NCBI GenBank assembly: GCA_964016885.1
Contig: OZ024760.1
Span: 16,988,001-17,052,000, forward strand
Reading direction: 5' to 3'
DNA from: Eledone cirrhosa
Lineage: Eukaryota
Length of the DNA: 64,000 bases
Made by a program: the position numbers and the translations under genes. Shown piece by piece: positions 1 to 11,339 of this stretch. How positions within the stretch are numbered: the stretch's first letter is position 1; every line of letters starts with the position of its first letter. Under the pieces are notes generated by a model. That model was not told where the DNA came from, did no database searches, and saw only the letters and a list, made by a program, of their open reading frames with translations.

Positions 1-3000
1 ACATATGATACATTTCCTATTGGTACAGTGGGTTTTCTTAAAAGGGTAGGTTTTGCTGATCAGGGATTTTATGGTGGTTCCTGGCTTTTCTACCACCTTT
101 ATTTTTAAGTGGGTCTTTCTCAGGGCCTTTCTACACTGGTTAGCTAATTTCCCTCCAGGGGTGGCGTCCACAAACATGACACTCTGATATCTCTGGTTGT
201 CGTACCATGATGTGGCCTTCCCTATCTTATGTCTAGCCCTATCTAAGCTATTCCATGATTTGCTCCTGTATAGTGGGCAAATTCCTTTCATGTCCAGTTC
301 TATGAGGGTCTTATACTTTTCCATGGCTCCTTCGTATACTCTGACTCTGTCTCTTTGGTTGTAGCCAGAGAACTGCATGCGGTTGATGAAGTGTTGGATG
401 TGTCCTTCCATTTCTGTTGGGTCGCACATGCTGGACACATTCTTCATCACTCGTACCAAATCTGCGATCAGAATATTAAACTTAGCACTACTGGACATTG
501 CTGAGTTTTTGAGTATCAGGTATTTGGAGGCCATGGGTTTAGCATAGTGTGAGTGGAGAATTTGGGCTCTCTCGTCTATAGTGTTAATCCAGAGTTCTGT
601 GTCTAATACAGGTAGTCTATTGTTAGGGTGTTTGGAAGGGAAGTCTATAGTTACAGTTATACTCTGGTGTATGGAATTAGCTATCTGCTGGATGCTTTCC
701 ATCGTGCTACGTTCTAAATCAAACTTGTTAGTGCTCTCTAGTGGGGGTGTTCTTATAACTATATTGATATCGTCTACATAACGAGAGTACATGATGAGGT
801 CTATGGAGCTTTCATTAAGGAGATCTTTAAGTCTCCTTTCCCACCATACCATGAAAAGGTTGGCAACATCGCCAGCTATGCTGACGCCGATGGCTGCTCC
901 CTCATTTTGGGTGTAGATTTTCTCATTGAACTTAAATATGTGGCCCTTTAGGGTAGTTTTGATACTAGCCCCTATTGCATGTGCGACCATTTTTCTTACC
1001 TGATCAGTGTTTTGGGGGGTCCGTATAGCTTTGGTCCACCCAATCCACCTTCCTATGGGAGTCTTTTTAGCCATTGAGGTTATGGTGGGGGGTCTACCTC
1101 TTATAGGTCTACTAGGGCAGAAACATCTAAGGTCATGGCTGTCTAGGTAGTCGGTGTCGTAGGTAAGTCTAAGTAGGAGGCCCAGTTCGTCTGTGTCGAC
1201 GTCGCAGAACTCCACCTCACTCTCAATGATCATCTCCACACATCTTTTCACAGCAAAATCAATGTTAATGGATGGGTACAGTGACACCACATCCATGCTG
1301 CCTATTATGCAGTTGGATAGGCTCCTGTTTTTGTTGCACTCACTGATTCTGCTGAGGAGGTCCTCTGTACTTTCACATACATCTGGGGACATCTTGATTA
1401 TGGGGCGTATAACCATTGAGAGGAAGTAGGAGATCCTGTAGTTGCTAGCTATATTAGCTCCGCATACAGGTCTTGTTGGTGGTCCTATTGTCGGGTCGTC
1501 GACTGTCTTGTGGTCTTTGCGGAGCCCATACAAGGGTGGTATGCCATTGTTAGACGCCTGGAAGTTGTTGGCAGTGCGTCTGCTTGGCTTTAGGATGTCA
1601 GTCCACATCATCATGTGAGCGTTGAGGATTTTTTCTCTCCCATCGTGTGTTAGTTGTGCAACTTCGCTCGTGTTGGTGATGTGGGGTTGCATTGCCTCGA
1701 TGTAGTTCGGCATGCTATCTATTGACATCCTACCAGACTTATCTGTGGGTAGACACACTACCTCACCATCCCTTGTGCGCTGCTTGAGGCTAACCAAGCC
1801 TTCTACAGGTTTTATCCCAAGTTGTTGGGCCTCTGGTCTGCTCTGTCTCATAGTGTACCTGTCTACTACTTGTCTAATCTTATTTCTAGCTATGGTGAAC
1901 TGTGCCTCCGTCTCGTCATCTATTTGTTGTGGTATGCAAACTCTTTTATTAAAGGGTAACCTCGTAGGATAGATATTACCCATCTTATATGTTTTGTCAG
2001 CTGGGTTGAAAAATAGTTTCTCTAAGGGGTTGTCGTTATTTCTATCGTCATAGTTGTGTGTGTTGCTATTATTGTTATCATGGTGGTTGTTGTTGTTTCT
2101 ATCCTTAGCATTAATATTATTATTGTTATGATTGCTAGATGTATTGTTGTTTACTTCACCGTTATTGTTGTTGTTACTGCTATTTCTACCACTGTGGTTG
2201 TTACTATTATTATGTTTCTTGTTTTTGTTGATGTTGCTACATGTACTATTTCCATTATTACCACTGTGGTTATTGTTGTTGTTGTTGTTCGTATTGTTAC
2301 CGTTATTACTACTGTGGTCACTGTTGCTGTGTCTGTGGTTAACGTTTCTATTATTATTATTATTGTGGTTGTTGTTGTTCTGTCTATCGCTAGTATTATT
2401 ACCATTACCACTATTTCTCACTTTCCTGCCATTGTTATGGTTATGGCTGTTATTTCTATACCCAGAGTTATTGTTTATATTACTACTACCGTTATTATTG
2501 TTGTTGTTGTTTACCTTTGCATTCCAACGTATTTTTGTGAAACACTTTTCCAGCTCCGTTTTGCATTCCATAGGATTAATCTTTTTGTAGATGGCAAATT
2601 TTGGTGGTAACTTTAGGATTTGTTGTTCTTGTTCACTGATTAAAGTGTTCCCATAGATATTTACTGTGTGGTCATTGGTAAATTCTTCCGGTAGTTTTAC
2701 ATCACTCATACGGATGTTGTCGATGTTATCTGGGTATTTTTGAGAATATTCGATTTTCCTTTCTTGTAGTTTTTTCTTATTCATCCATTCTAATTTCTTC
2801 TTGAAATGCCTACAGCATTCGTTTTGAGCATATTTCGTTTCGCGTCGGATGACGCTCATGAAGTCATCTCTCTCGTTTGCTGTGATGAGATTTCGGATTT
2901 CCTTACCGTTGATGCGTTTTTGTCTGTAGAGTGCGTTGACTTTTGTGTATGTTGTTCTTTTCATATTAACTGTTATTGTGTGTTTTAGCCGTTCAGCTTG

Positions 3001-3252
3001 TGTTTTGTTCAATAATAAATTATTTACTTGTTTTGATATGTTTGTTGTGTATGTTTTGGAGGAAACACAGTGTTTTAAGAAGCGGATTTGTTCTGTTGTT
3101 ATTGTAGTTTTTATATAACAGAAAACAGTGTCTTTCAATAACCTTTCAGCTTGGCACAAGCTAATGCCATAGCGGCGATGAATTAGTTTTGCGAGGTTTT
3201 TTATATGAAATCGTGTGTCGAAACAGATATTGTTATATTTGGGGAGGGTCAT
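1..3252 (-). CDS. PLE reverse transcriptase/endonuclease polyprotein, 3'-partial (at least 1084 aa)
   Basis: Manual translation from ATG 3252: [28 protein letters not shown]..., then PTDKSG, PPLYGLRKDHK, PTRPVCGA, SMDVVSLYPSI, YTQNEGAAIGVSIAGDVANLFM, YSRYVDD (YVDD at 769-780), LPVLDTELW, FVDATPGGKL, KVVEKPG and CTNRKCIIC at the window edge. All motifs are in one frame. The ORF track omits it, consistent with no stop codon inside the window. Confidence 0.92.
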   Translation of the reverse strand, partial: MTLPKYNNICFDTRFHIKNLAKLIHRRYGISLCQAERLLKDTVFCYIKTTITTEQIRFLKHCVSSKTYTTNISKQVNNLLLNKTQAERLKHTITVNMKRTTYTKVNALYRQKRINGKEIRNLITANERDDFMSVIRRETKYAQNECCRHFKKKLEWMNKKKLQERKIEYSQKYPDNIDNIRMSDVKLPEEFTNDHTVNIYGNTLISEQEQQILKLPPKFAIYKKINPMECKTELEKCFTKIRWNAKVNNNNNNNGSSNINNNSGYRNNSHNHNNGRKVRNSGNGNNTSDRQNNNNHNNNNNRNVNHRHSNSDHSSNNGNNTNNNNNNNHSGNNGNSTCSNINKNKKHNNSNNHSGRNSSNNNNNGEVNNNTSSNHNNNNINAKDRNNNNHHDNNNSNTHNYDDRNNDNPLEKLFFNPADKTYKMGNIYPTRLPFNKRVCIPQQIDDETEAQFTIARNKIRQVVDRYTMRQSRPEAQQLGIKPVEGLVSLKQRTRDGEVVCLPTDKSGRMSIDSMPNYIEAMQPHITNTSEVAQLTHDGREKILNAHMMMWTDILKPSRRTANNFQASNNGIPPLYGLRKDHKTVDDPTIGPPTRPVCGANIASNYRISYFLSMVIRPIIKMSPDVCESTEDLLSRISECNKNRSLSNCIIGSMDVVSLYPSINIDFAVKRCVEMIIESEVEFCDVDTDELGLLLRLTYDTDYLDSHDLRCFCPSRPIRGRPPTITSMAKKTPIGRWIGWTKAIRTPQNTDQVRKMVAHAIGASIKTTLKGHIFKFNEKIYTQNEGAAIGVSIAGDVANLFMVWWERRLKDLLNESSIDLIMYSRYVDDINIVIRTPPLESTNKFDLERSTMESIQQIANSIHQSITVTIDFPSKHPNNRLPVLDTELWINTIDERAQILHSHYAKPMASKYLILKNSAMSSSAKFNILIADLVRVMKNVSSMCDPTEMEGHIQHFINRMQFSGYNQRDRVRVYEGAMEKYKTLIELDMKGICPLYRSKSWNSLDRARHKIGKATSWYDNQRYQSVMFVDATPGGKLANQCRKALRKTHLKIKVVEKPGTTIKSLISKTYPFKKTHCTNRKCIIC

Positions 3253-3436
3253 ATTTGCGTAATATTGCCAGAATTAATAACAGAACACACTCACTGTTTG
3301 GTTGGTTTTCGCTTCTCGCTGTCTTTTATATATATATATCTGCGATCTAACTTACTCGGTCCTCAATGTTGCCATTGACTGACCGGCGGTCAAAAATAAT
3401 ACAGATACAATATAGACAAACACATATATATATAGT

Positions 3437-3483
3437 TTACATAAATCTTTCGTTGCACATCTGCAACATCGTCAGTGGTGTTA
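3437..3483 (-). ncRNA. Minimal hammerhead-like motif in the PLE pLTR (mirror copy)
   Basis: Reverse complement of 4362-4408, about 185 nt upstream of the ORF ATG. Confidence 0.6.
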
Positions 3484-3828
3484 TATTCATTGTTCCTCCT
3501 GTTGTGTTGTATGTCTACGCCATTTTTTTTTTTGTTCAGTCTGTCTATATATTTATTTATTTATTTGCTTGTTTGTTTATCTTATTTTATTTTGTCTTCT
3601 TTGCGCATGCGTTTGCGTGTGTGTATAGTGTTATGTGTGATGTGTGATGTGTGACTAGTGTGTATAGTGTTGTCTGCTGGGTGACTAGTGTGTGTTTATG
3701 TGCTTGTGTATGTATTTATTTATCTTATTTTATTTAATTTAATTTACTTATTTATTTATACTTCTCTTAGGTCAGTGTTGTTTGTTTGGGTGTTGTTGTT
3801 GTTCCACTCATTCTTTCTGTTTAGCTTT

Positions 3829-4089
3829 GGTGAAAGGATAGACCAACACTGGGGGGAACTAAAAGGACGAAAAAACGGGTCAGTACTATACGAACATGCT
3901 AGACAACATCATGACGGTAACATAGACAACATAGAAATTAGAATAATATCTAAACATAGGAATGACCCAGCAGATAGGCAAATCAGAGAGGCCAGTGAAA
4001 TAGAAATTAGAAGACCAAAGCTAAACAGAAAGAATGAGTGGAACAACAACAACACCCAAACAAACAACACTGACCTAAGAGAAGTATAA
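3829..4089 (+). pseudogene. C-terminal half of the PLE GIY-YIG endonuclease in the inverted, 5'-truncated copy
   Basis: GERIDQHW...SVLYEHARQHH...DRQIREASEIEIRRPKLNRKNEW matches the PLE GIY-YIG tail pattern (ER..H, S.L..H...H, R.I.EA..I...P.LN.K.EW). Confidence 0.88.
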
Positions 4090-4361
4090 ATAAATAAGTA
4101 AATTAAATTAAATAAAATAAGATAAATAAATACATACACAAGCACATAAACACACACTAGTCACCCAGCAGACAACACTATACACACTAGTCACACATCA
4201 CACATCACACATAACACTATACACACACGCAAACGCATGCGCAAAGAAGACAAAATAAAATAAGATAAACAAACAAGCAAATAAATAAATAAATATATAG
4301 ACAGACTGAACAAAAAAAAAAATGGCGTAGACATACAACACAACAGGAGGAACAATGAATA

Positions 4362-4408
4362 TAACACCACTGACGATGTTGCAGATGTGCAACGAAAGAT
4401 TTATGTAA
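4362..4408 (+). ncRNA. Minimal hammerhead-like motif in the PLE pLTR
   Basis: CUGACGA-U-GUUGCA(gaug)UGCAAC-GAAA-GAUUU-A. Perfect 6-bp stem II, near-palindromic stem III (AGAUUU), weak stem I. Confidence 0.6.
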
Positions 4409-4614
4409 ACTATATATATATGTGTTTGTCTATATTGTATCTGTATTATTTTTGACCGCCGGTCAGTCAATGGCAACATTGAGGACCGAGTAAGTTAGAT
4501 CGCAGATATATATATATAAAAGACAGCGAGAAGCGAAAACCAACCAAACAGTGAGTGTGTTCTGTTATTAATTCTGGCAATATTACGCAAATATGACCCT
4601 CCCCAAATATAACA

Positions 4615-4660
<46 letters not shown>

Positions 4661-4682
4661 GTATATACATATGTATATATAC

Positions 4683-4718
<36 letters not shown>

Positions 4719-4847
4719 GTATATATATATATATATATATATACATATGTATATACATATGTATACATATATGTTGAGTGGTTTGTTTAAGAAGCACTGA
4801 ATAAATGCAGTTTTGAAGACAATTCTATCATCTCTGATTACTATAAC

Positions 4848-5316
4848 CCCTCTCTCTCTCTTTCTCTCTTTCTCTCGCTCTCCTCTCTTGCTCTCTCTTT
4901 CTCTCTCTTCTTCTCTCTTTCTCTCTCTCCTTTCTCTCTCTCCTTTCTCTCTCCTTCTCTCTCTTTTTCTCTCCCCCCCTCTCTCTCTCTTCCCCCTCTC
5001 CATTCCCCCTCTCTCTTCCCCCTCTCCATTCCCCCTCTCTCTTCCCCCTCTCTCTTCCCCCTCTCTCTTCCCCCTCTCTCTTCCCCCTCTCTCTTCCCCC
5101 TCTCCATTCCCCCTCTCTTCCCCCTCTCTCTTCCCTCTCTCCATTCCCCCTCTCTGCCCCTCTCTCTCCTCTCTGTCCCTCTCTCTCTCTATCACACACA
5201 CTCTCTCACACACATATACAGTCTATCACACACCCACCGCACACACACACAATCTCTCTCACAATTTCTTTCTCTGACTCTCAGACACACACTCTCTCTC
5301 TCTCTCTCTCTCTCTC
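4848..5316. repeat. (CT)n/(CA)n low-complexity tract
   Basis: Direct inspection. Confidence 0.9.
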
Positions 5317-5361
5317 AATCCCTCTCGCCTCACTTACCTCCCTTCCTCTCGCCTCACTTAC

Positions 5362-5490
5362 CTCCCCTCATTGTCAGAATCCTCCCCAACATTCAATAGC
5401 CAGTAAAACACTACACACAATAGAAGGTCTCCTTCTCTTTCCTTTATCAGCCGACATAACTTAAGTGACGTGAGGAAAGATTTCTCCAAT
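5362..5490 (-). other. Candidate first exon and promoter of a minus-strand gene running off the left edge
   Basis: Minus strand reads ...ATGAGGGGAG|GTAAGT, a strong donor that is locally duplicated. TGACGT (CRE-like, 5466) and CCAAT words lie just upstream. No homology evidence. Confidence 0.25.
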
Positions 5491-5732
5491 TACTCTCCAA
5501 TATCTACAATACAGTCTTTCATTTCTTTCATATTTCCACACATAATATAAAGGTTTTCTTGCCAACTTATATATATATGCATGTATGTGTATATGTATGT
5601 ATATATATGAATGTATGTATATATATGTATGTATGTATGTATTCATACATGTATGTATGTATGTATATATGTATATATTTATGCATATATATATACGTGC
5701 GTGTGTGTATACATATATTTCTGTATATATGC

Positions 5733-5780
<48 letters not shown>

Positions 5781-5989
5781 TTGTGAGTGTTTGTATGAAT
5801 TTACGGATGTGTGTATACGTGTGTGTATGTATGTGTGTATATTTGTGAGTGTGTTTGTGTGAATTTACGGATATATATATATATATATATATCTAAGTGT
5901 TTGCGGTACCCACATGCGCAACATCGAGTAGTGGAGCATGTGTGCCTTTTATCAGCAAAGACTACGAAACTATTAGTTCCTTGAAATCC

Positions 5990-6320
5990 AACTGAAATTT
6001 GTGTATGTGTGTGTATACTGCTTTACATTCTGACGGGCTTCTGTTTTTTTCTGTCAACCACGTTCCATTACCAGGCCAGAGATATTTTAAGTATTTTTTC
6101 TTTCCTCATTATTTCATATTCTGGTGATCCTCATGTTATTGTTGATAATACGGCTCGGTTCGGTTCGGCTCTCTTTATTATTGCTGTTCGATCTGTTAAG
6201 ATTGATTTCCCCTTCGATGACACATCAACACGCCTATTACTGTTATCACAATAGTTGACTTCTAGTTTGCCGCCATAATGAGTTGTGTACTTGAATCTGG
6301 ACACAAGTTGCAACATGTTT
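5990..6320 (-). mobile_element. Degraded non-LTR retrotransposon fragment, restriction-like endonuclease region (R4/Dong-like)
   Basis: ILTDRTAII..PNR resembles I.TD..I..NRPD, followed by a frameshifted KEKILKY-like word resembling EK..KY..L. Confidence 0.4.
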
Positions 6321-6345
6321 TGAATTTAAAACATATATATATTTT

Positions 6346-6382
<37 letters not shown>

Positions 6383-6455
6383 GTGTGTGTGTATATATAT
6401 GTGTGTGTATATATGTGTGTGTATATATATGTGTGTGTATATATATATGTGTGTG

Positions 6456-6504
<49 letters not shown>

Positions 6505-6653
6505 GTGTGTGTATATATATATGTGTGTGTGTGTATATATGTGTGTGTATATATGTGTGTGTATATATGTGTGTATATATATGTGTGTATATATGTGTGT
6601 ATATATGTGCGTGTGTGTGTGTGTGTATATGTGTGTGTATATATATATGCGTG

Positions 6654-6684
<31 letters not shown>

Positions 6685-6825
6685 ATATATGTGTTATATA
6701 TATATATATGAGAGAGAGTGTGTGTGTATGTCTTTACACAGACGTATTTGCGTTTTAATCTATATCATGCATGAATACATATATAGGTGTGTGAGTGTGA
6801 GTGTGTGTGTGTAAACATGTATATA

Positions 6826-6879
<54 letters not shown>

Positions 6880-7075
6880 AATTTAACACACAACAATACA
6901 TATTCCTAATCATTCAGTTATTAGTACTCTCATACATGCACACACACGCGCACACGCGCGCCTAAACATATACAAACAGGCACCAGCACGCACACAAACA
7001 CACACATACACACACCAAAACACACATTTTCTGCCATAAAGTTTACATTCACTCACGCCAAGCCATACAACCGGC

Positions 7076-8160
7076 AGATATCAGTAATGGAAAGACCAAT
7101 GGAAACAATGTTTCCTTGGTCTGATCTGATGATCAGCTCCTTTCTTCTGCCAGGAGTTGTGACTGACAGATAGTATCAGTAATGGAAAGACCAATGGAAA
7201 CATTGTTTCCTTGGTCTGATCTGATGATCAGCTCCTTTCTTCTGCCAGGAGTTGTGACTGACAGATAGTATCAGTAATGGAAAGACCAATGGAAACATTG
7301 TAACCTTGGTCTGATCTGATGATCAGCTCCTTTCCTCTGCTAGGAGTTGTGACTGACAGATAATATCAGTAATGGAAAGACCAATAGAAACATTTTCCTT
7401 GGTCTGATCTGATGATCAGCTCCTTTCTTCTGCCAGGAGTTGTGACTGACAGATAGTATCAGTAATGGAAAGACCAATAGAAACATTTTCCTTGGTCTGA
7501 TCTGATGATCAGATCCTTTCCTCTGCCAGGAGTTGTGACCAACGGATAATATCGATAATGGAAAGACCAATGGTAATATTGATTCCTTGGTCTGATCTGA
7601 TGATCAGCGCCTTTCTTCTGCCAGGAGTTGTGACTGACAGATAGTATCAGTAATGGAAAGACCAATGGAAACATTGTAACCTTGGTCTGATCTGATGATC
7701 AGCTCCTTTCCTCTGCCAGGAGTTGTGACTGACAGATAATATCAGTAATGGAAAGACCAATAGAAACATTTTCCTTGGTCTGATCTGATGATCAGCTCCT
7801 TTCTTCTGCCAGGAGTTGTGACTGACAGATAGTATCAGTAATGGAAAAACCAATGGAAACATTGTTTCCTTGGTCTGATCTGATGATCAGCTCCTTTCTT
7901 TTGCCAGGAGTTGTGACCAACGGATAATATCGATAATGGAAAGACCAATGGTAATATTGATTCCTTGGTCTGATCTGATGATCAGCTCCTTTCCTCTGGC
8001 AGGAGTTGTGACTGACAGATAATATCAGCAATGGAAAGACCAATGAAAACATTGATTTCTCGGGCCGATCTGATAATCTGCTCCTTTCTTCTGCCATTTG
8101 TGACCAGCAGATAGTATCGATAATGGAAAGACCAGAGGAAACATTTAGGCCTCGGTCTAA
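7076..8160. repeat. Minisatellite, 93-95 bp unit, about 11 copies
   Basis: aatggaaagaccaat recurs at 7086, 7181, 7276, 7371, 7464 and onward. Confidence 0.95.
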
Positions 8161-8321
8161 TGATTGTTATCCTTTCTCTTCCTCTCCAGTACCACAGCTC
8201 AAAGTCAACCATTCTATTAAATTAGCGAAGCGAGGCTTTTGAAGATTTTCTAAAAGGTAATCAGATATGCAAATGAGATTTATTGTATTCAACTATTAAA
8301 TCCGCAAAATATTAGACGTCG

Positions 8322-8360
<39 letters not shown>

Positions 8361-8364
<4 letters not shown>

Positions 8365-8424
8365 AACGAGTAGGACCCCGACGGCTGAGCTCAAGCCGTT
8401 TCGACGGCTAATTCTGGACTAAAA
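8361..8424 (-). mobile_element. Family B hammerhead-bearing insert, solo short-end arm in (TA)n
   Basis: Near-identical to 51550-51613. The - strand has GAAAC-GGCU..AGCC-GUC-GGGG. Confidence 0.75.
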
Positions 8425-8497
8425 TATATATATATATGGATGTGTGTATGTATATATATATATGGATGTGCGTATGTGCATGTATGTATTTATTTAT

Positions 8498-8545
<48 letters not shown>

Positions 8546-8774
8546 GTGTGTGTGTCAATATATATATATATGTGTGTATATATATATATATGTATGTGTG
8601 TGTGTCTGTGTATATATGTATACATGTGTCTGTGTATACTGCCTTTGTTCTCACAAAACATTATCCCCATCACATAAATCACACAATCATCTGACTTTGA
8701 TATCCATTTGTTTTTATTTTGTTGATTGATAAACCATTACACACGCACACGCACACACACACACACGCACACGC

Positions 8775-8810
<36 letters not shown>

Positions 8811-10669
8811 AGAGAGAGAAAACCAGTGTGTGTGAAAGAGATCTGGAATGAAAGGAAAACTGAATGTGTGTGTATGCGTGTAAAAATGTGTGTATGTGTG
8901 ATAATGTGTGTGAGAATGAGAAAGAAACGAATATTGAATTTGAACCAACAGTAATCACATTGATCAAGATATAAAGCTAAAGTATCGATTTTTTTTTTCA
9001 ATACTTCATCCGGGGTGGGTCTGTGACGTATGGTGCGTGGGGGTGGGGCTCATTTCTGTGTGAATTGTATGTCACGTGACACTTAAGCCGATACCGGAAT
9101 GGCCTCAATGAATGGGCCTGTTCTTAACATGTGCCCTGTAAGCGGGAAAGAGAGGGGGTACTTAACTTACCTATGAGGCCCTTCGTAATCGGGGTAGTCT
9201 CTGGTCTCTGTGGGGTTCCTTAATTACACCAGGGTGGTGCTAGCAGTGGTGAGCACTATTTAAAGGACCAATTAGGAACCCTCTACACCGGGGGCGTCAA
9301 ACATACTATCGTTTTTTATTAACAGCAATAGCTGCGTGGAGTTTCGGTTGCATATATTGATATATTTACATAAGCATCATTGTAATAAAGATGCACACAC
9401 ACACACACACACACGCATACACACGCATACACACGCATACACACTTACATACACACGCACATTTTCATTACATATGTATAAAGAAAATTAGTAAGAACGA
9501 AATGTAGAAGGGAGAGAAAGAGGAGTATTTTAATGTAAATAGAAGGGGTTGCCCGTAGTATAGTAATGTAGAGAGAAAGAGTATGATCTATATGTGGTGG
9601 TGGTGTACCATGAGGTGGTGAAGAGAGAAAAGAATACTCATCTTCAACTGTTCCACTCTTATTCCATTAGAAATTGCAGTCTTTCTCTCTCCGCCATTCT
9701 GAAAGGTGGCGGTGTGGTGTGACAGGAGGGGGAAGGGTGGCCAAGAGGAGGGGAATAAGAAATAAGAAAAAAAAAGAAATGGTAACTGTTGATTGAGATT
9801 CACCTTTCAGAAATGTGAATCTTGTTAATTCAAAGAAGTAATTAGATCGAACGTTCTAGAACGCTGATTGGGAAATTCTATAAGAAATTCAACCAGTAGA
9901 CGGTGAGATAAAAGAAAAGAGGTAAGTTTAGATGAAATAACTAATTAACGTAAGGTGATCAAAAGAATTGTAGGTAGGTTGGGTGTAAATAGAGGTGGTG
10001 GTATTGGTAGTTGTAGTTGAGGTGGTGGTGATGGTTGGTGGGGGTGGTTGTTGGGGTGGTGGTTAGTGGTTGTTGAGGTGGTGGTGGTGATCGTGGTAGC
10101 TGTGGTGGCTGTGGTGGTGGTGGTTGTTGTTGTGGCAGCGGTAGTTGATGAGGTGGTGGTGGTTGGTGGTGGTCAGTGTTGTTATTGTAGAAGTCATGGC
10201 TATTGTTGATGATAGAAGAGCGAGTGCAAACACGCACACACACATATATACATGTGTGTGTGCATATATATATGTGTGTGTGTGTGTGTGTCTGTGCGCG
10301 CGCGCGCGCGCGCGCAACTGCAACCGTCATTCCCAATATATATTTATATAAATATATATAAATAATAGAATTTAAAGTGACGTAAAATAAAAAAGAAATG
10401 TTTTAAAACGAAATAACGAGAACGTGTGTGTGGGGGGAGGGAGTAATATTTACGTAAAACTTACTTAAAACCATATGTACAATTTATGTAAATAGTATGT
10501 GAAATTTATGGAAAATTTATGGAAATTTTATGTAAAATTAGTTCAAAACTATAATATTTTCCCAATAGATATCTCGAATTATATATTCTTCTGTCAAAAA
10601 GTACAATAGCTGTGTTTGTATTTAGATTTGGACATCTGTCTATACTCTATCTATAGGGAGCGTATTAGA

Positions 10670-10980
10670 GTCGCTAGAACGTCAGATAGATTGACAGTTG
10701 TAAGAACGTCAGATAGATTGACAGTCGTTAGAACGTCAGATAGAATGACAGTTGTAAGAACGTCAGATAGATTGACAGTCGTTAGAACGTCAGATAGATT
10801 GACAGTCGTTAGAACGTCAGATAGAATGACAGTCGTTAGAACGTCAGATAGAATGCTTTATGGTATTCATTCCTGCACTCTCCTCTCTGAGTTCAAATCC
10901 CATCGAGGTCAACTTTTCCTTTCATCCTTTCGTGGTCGATAAAAAAAGTACCAGTCTAGTACTGGCGTCGATTCTTCCTT
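10670..10980 (+). mobile_element. SINE copy with an internal 27-bp tandem expansion (about 6.5 units, 10675-10855)
   Basis: Unit gacagtcgttagaacgtcagatagatt, followed by ctgagttcaaatccc...gaggtcaacttt..ctttcatcc...gataaa...gtaccagt, which is shared with many copies in the window. Confidence 0.8.
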
Positions 10981-11339
10981 TATCTCCTTCTCATTTTCTC
11001 TCTCTCTTTCTCTCTGGAAAAAATCTGTTGCACTCAGGCCTGGAGAGGGATGGGCTCCGCCAGGCTTTAAAATGCCCAAGAAACGACGCTCCTACGACTC
11101 TATTAGGAGTTACGGGACCATATATATATATATATATATAGATACTACACTTTATCTACACGGACTACAAAAGAATATCAGGAATCCCCCAATGGCTAGT
11201 AAACTGGGAATGAAAGAAAAAGGAACCGGTTGTCAAATCGGTGCAAGGAGGTTATGTTTACTTGGGTTTTCCTATGTTGGTACAAGTAACCGCAAGATAT
11301 CACGTCCGATGCTTTTAACAATTTTCATAATCCACTGGC

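Larger units (their letters stand above)
1..4618 (-). mobile_element. Penelope-like retroelement (probably Neptune-type) with an inverted 5' pseudo-LTR; 3' end lies beyond the left window edge
   Basis: Long RT ORF on the - strand, a GIY-YIG C-terminus in the pLTR, a 605-bp inverted repeat and a hammerhead-like motif. The right junction joins (TA)n at 4619. Confidence 0.93.
3227..4618. repeat. Inverted repeat (pLTR pair): arms 3227-3831 and 4014-4618, 182-bp spacer
   Basis: The arms are reverse complements. Mirrored ORFs 3366..3647(+) and 4198..4479(-) translate identically. Confidence 0.97.

Noticed and set aside
581-3118. Plus-strand ORFs over the PLE, including hydrophobic V/L-rich ones
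   Set aside because: Antisense shadows of the - strand RT ORF and its Asn-rich segment.
7076-8160. Tandem box C/D snoRNA array (UGAUGA...CUGA)
   Set aside because: No recognisable rRNA guide, no terminal stems or spacers between units.
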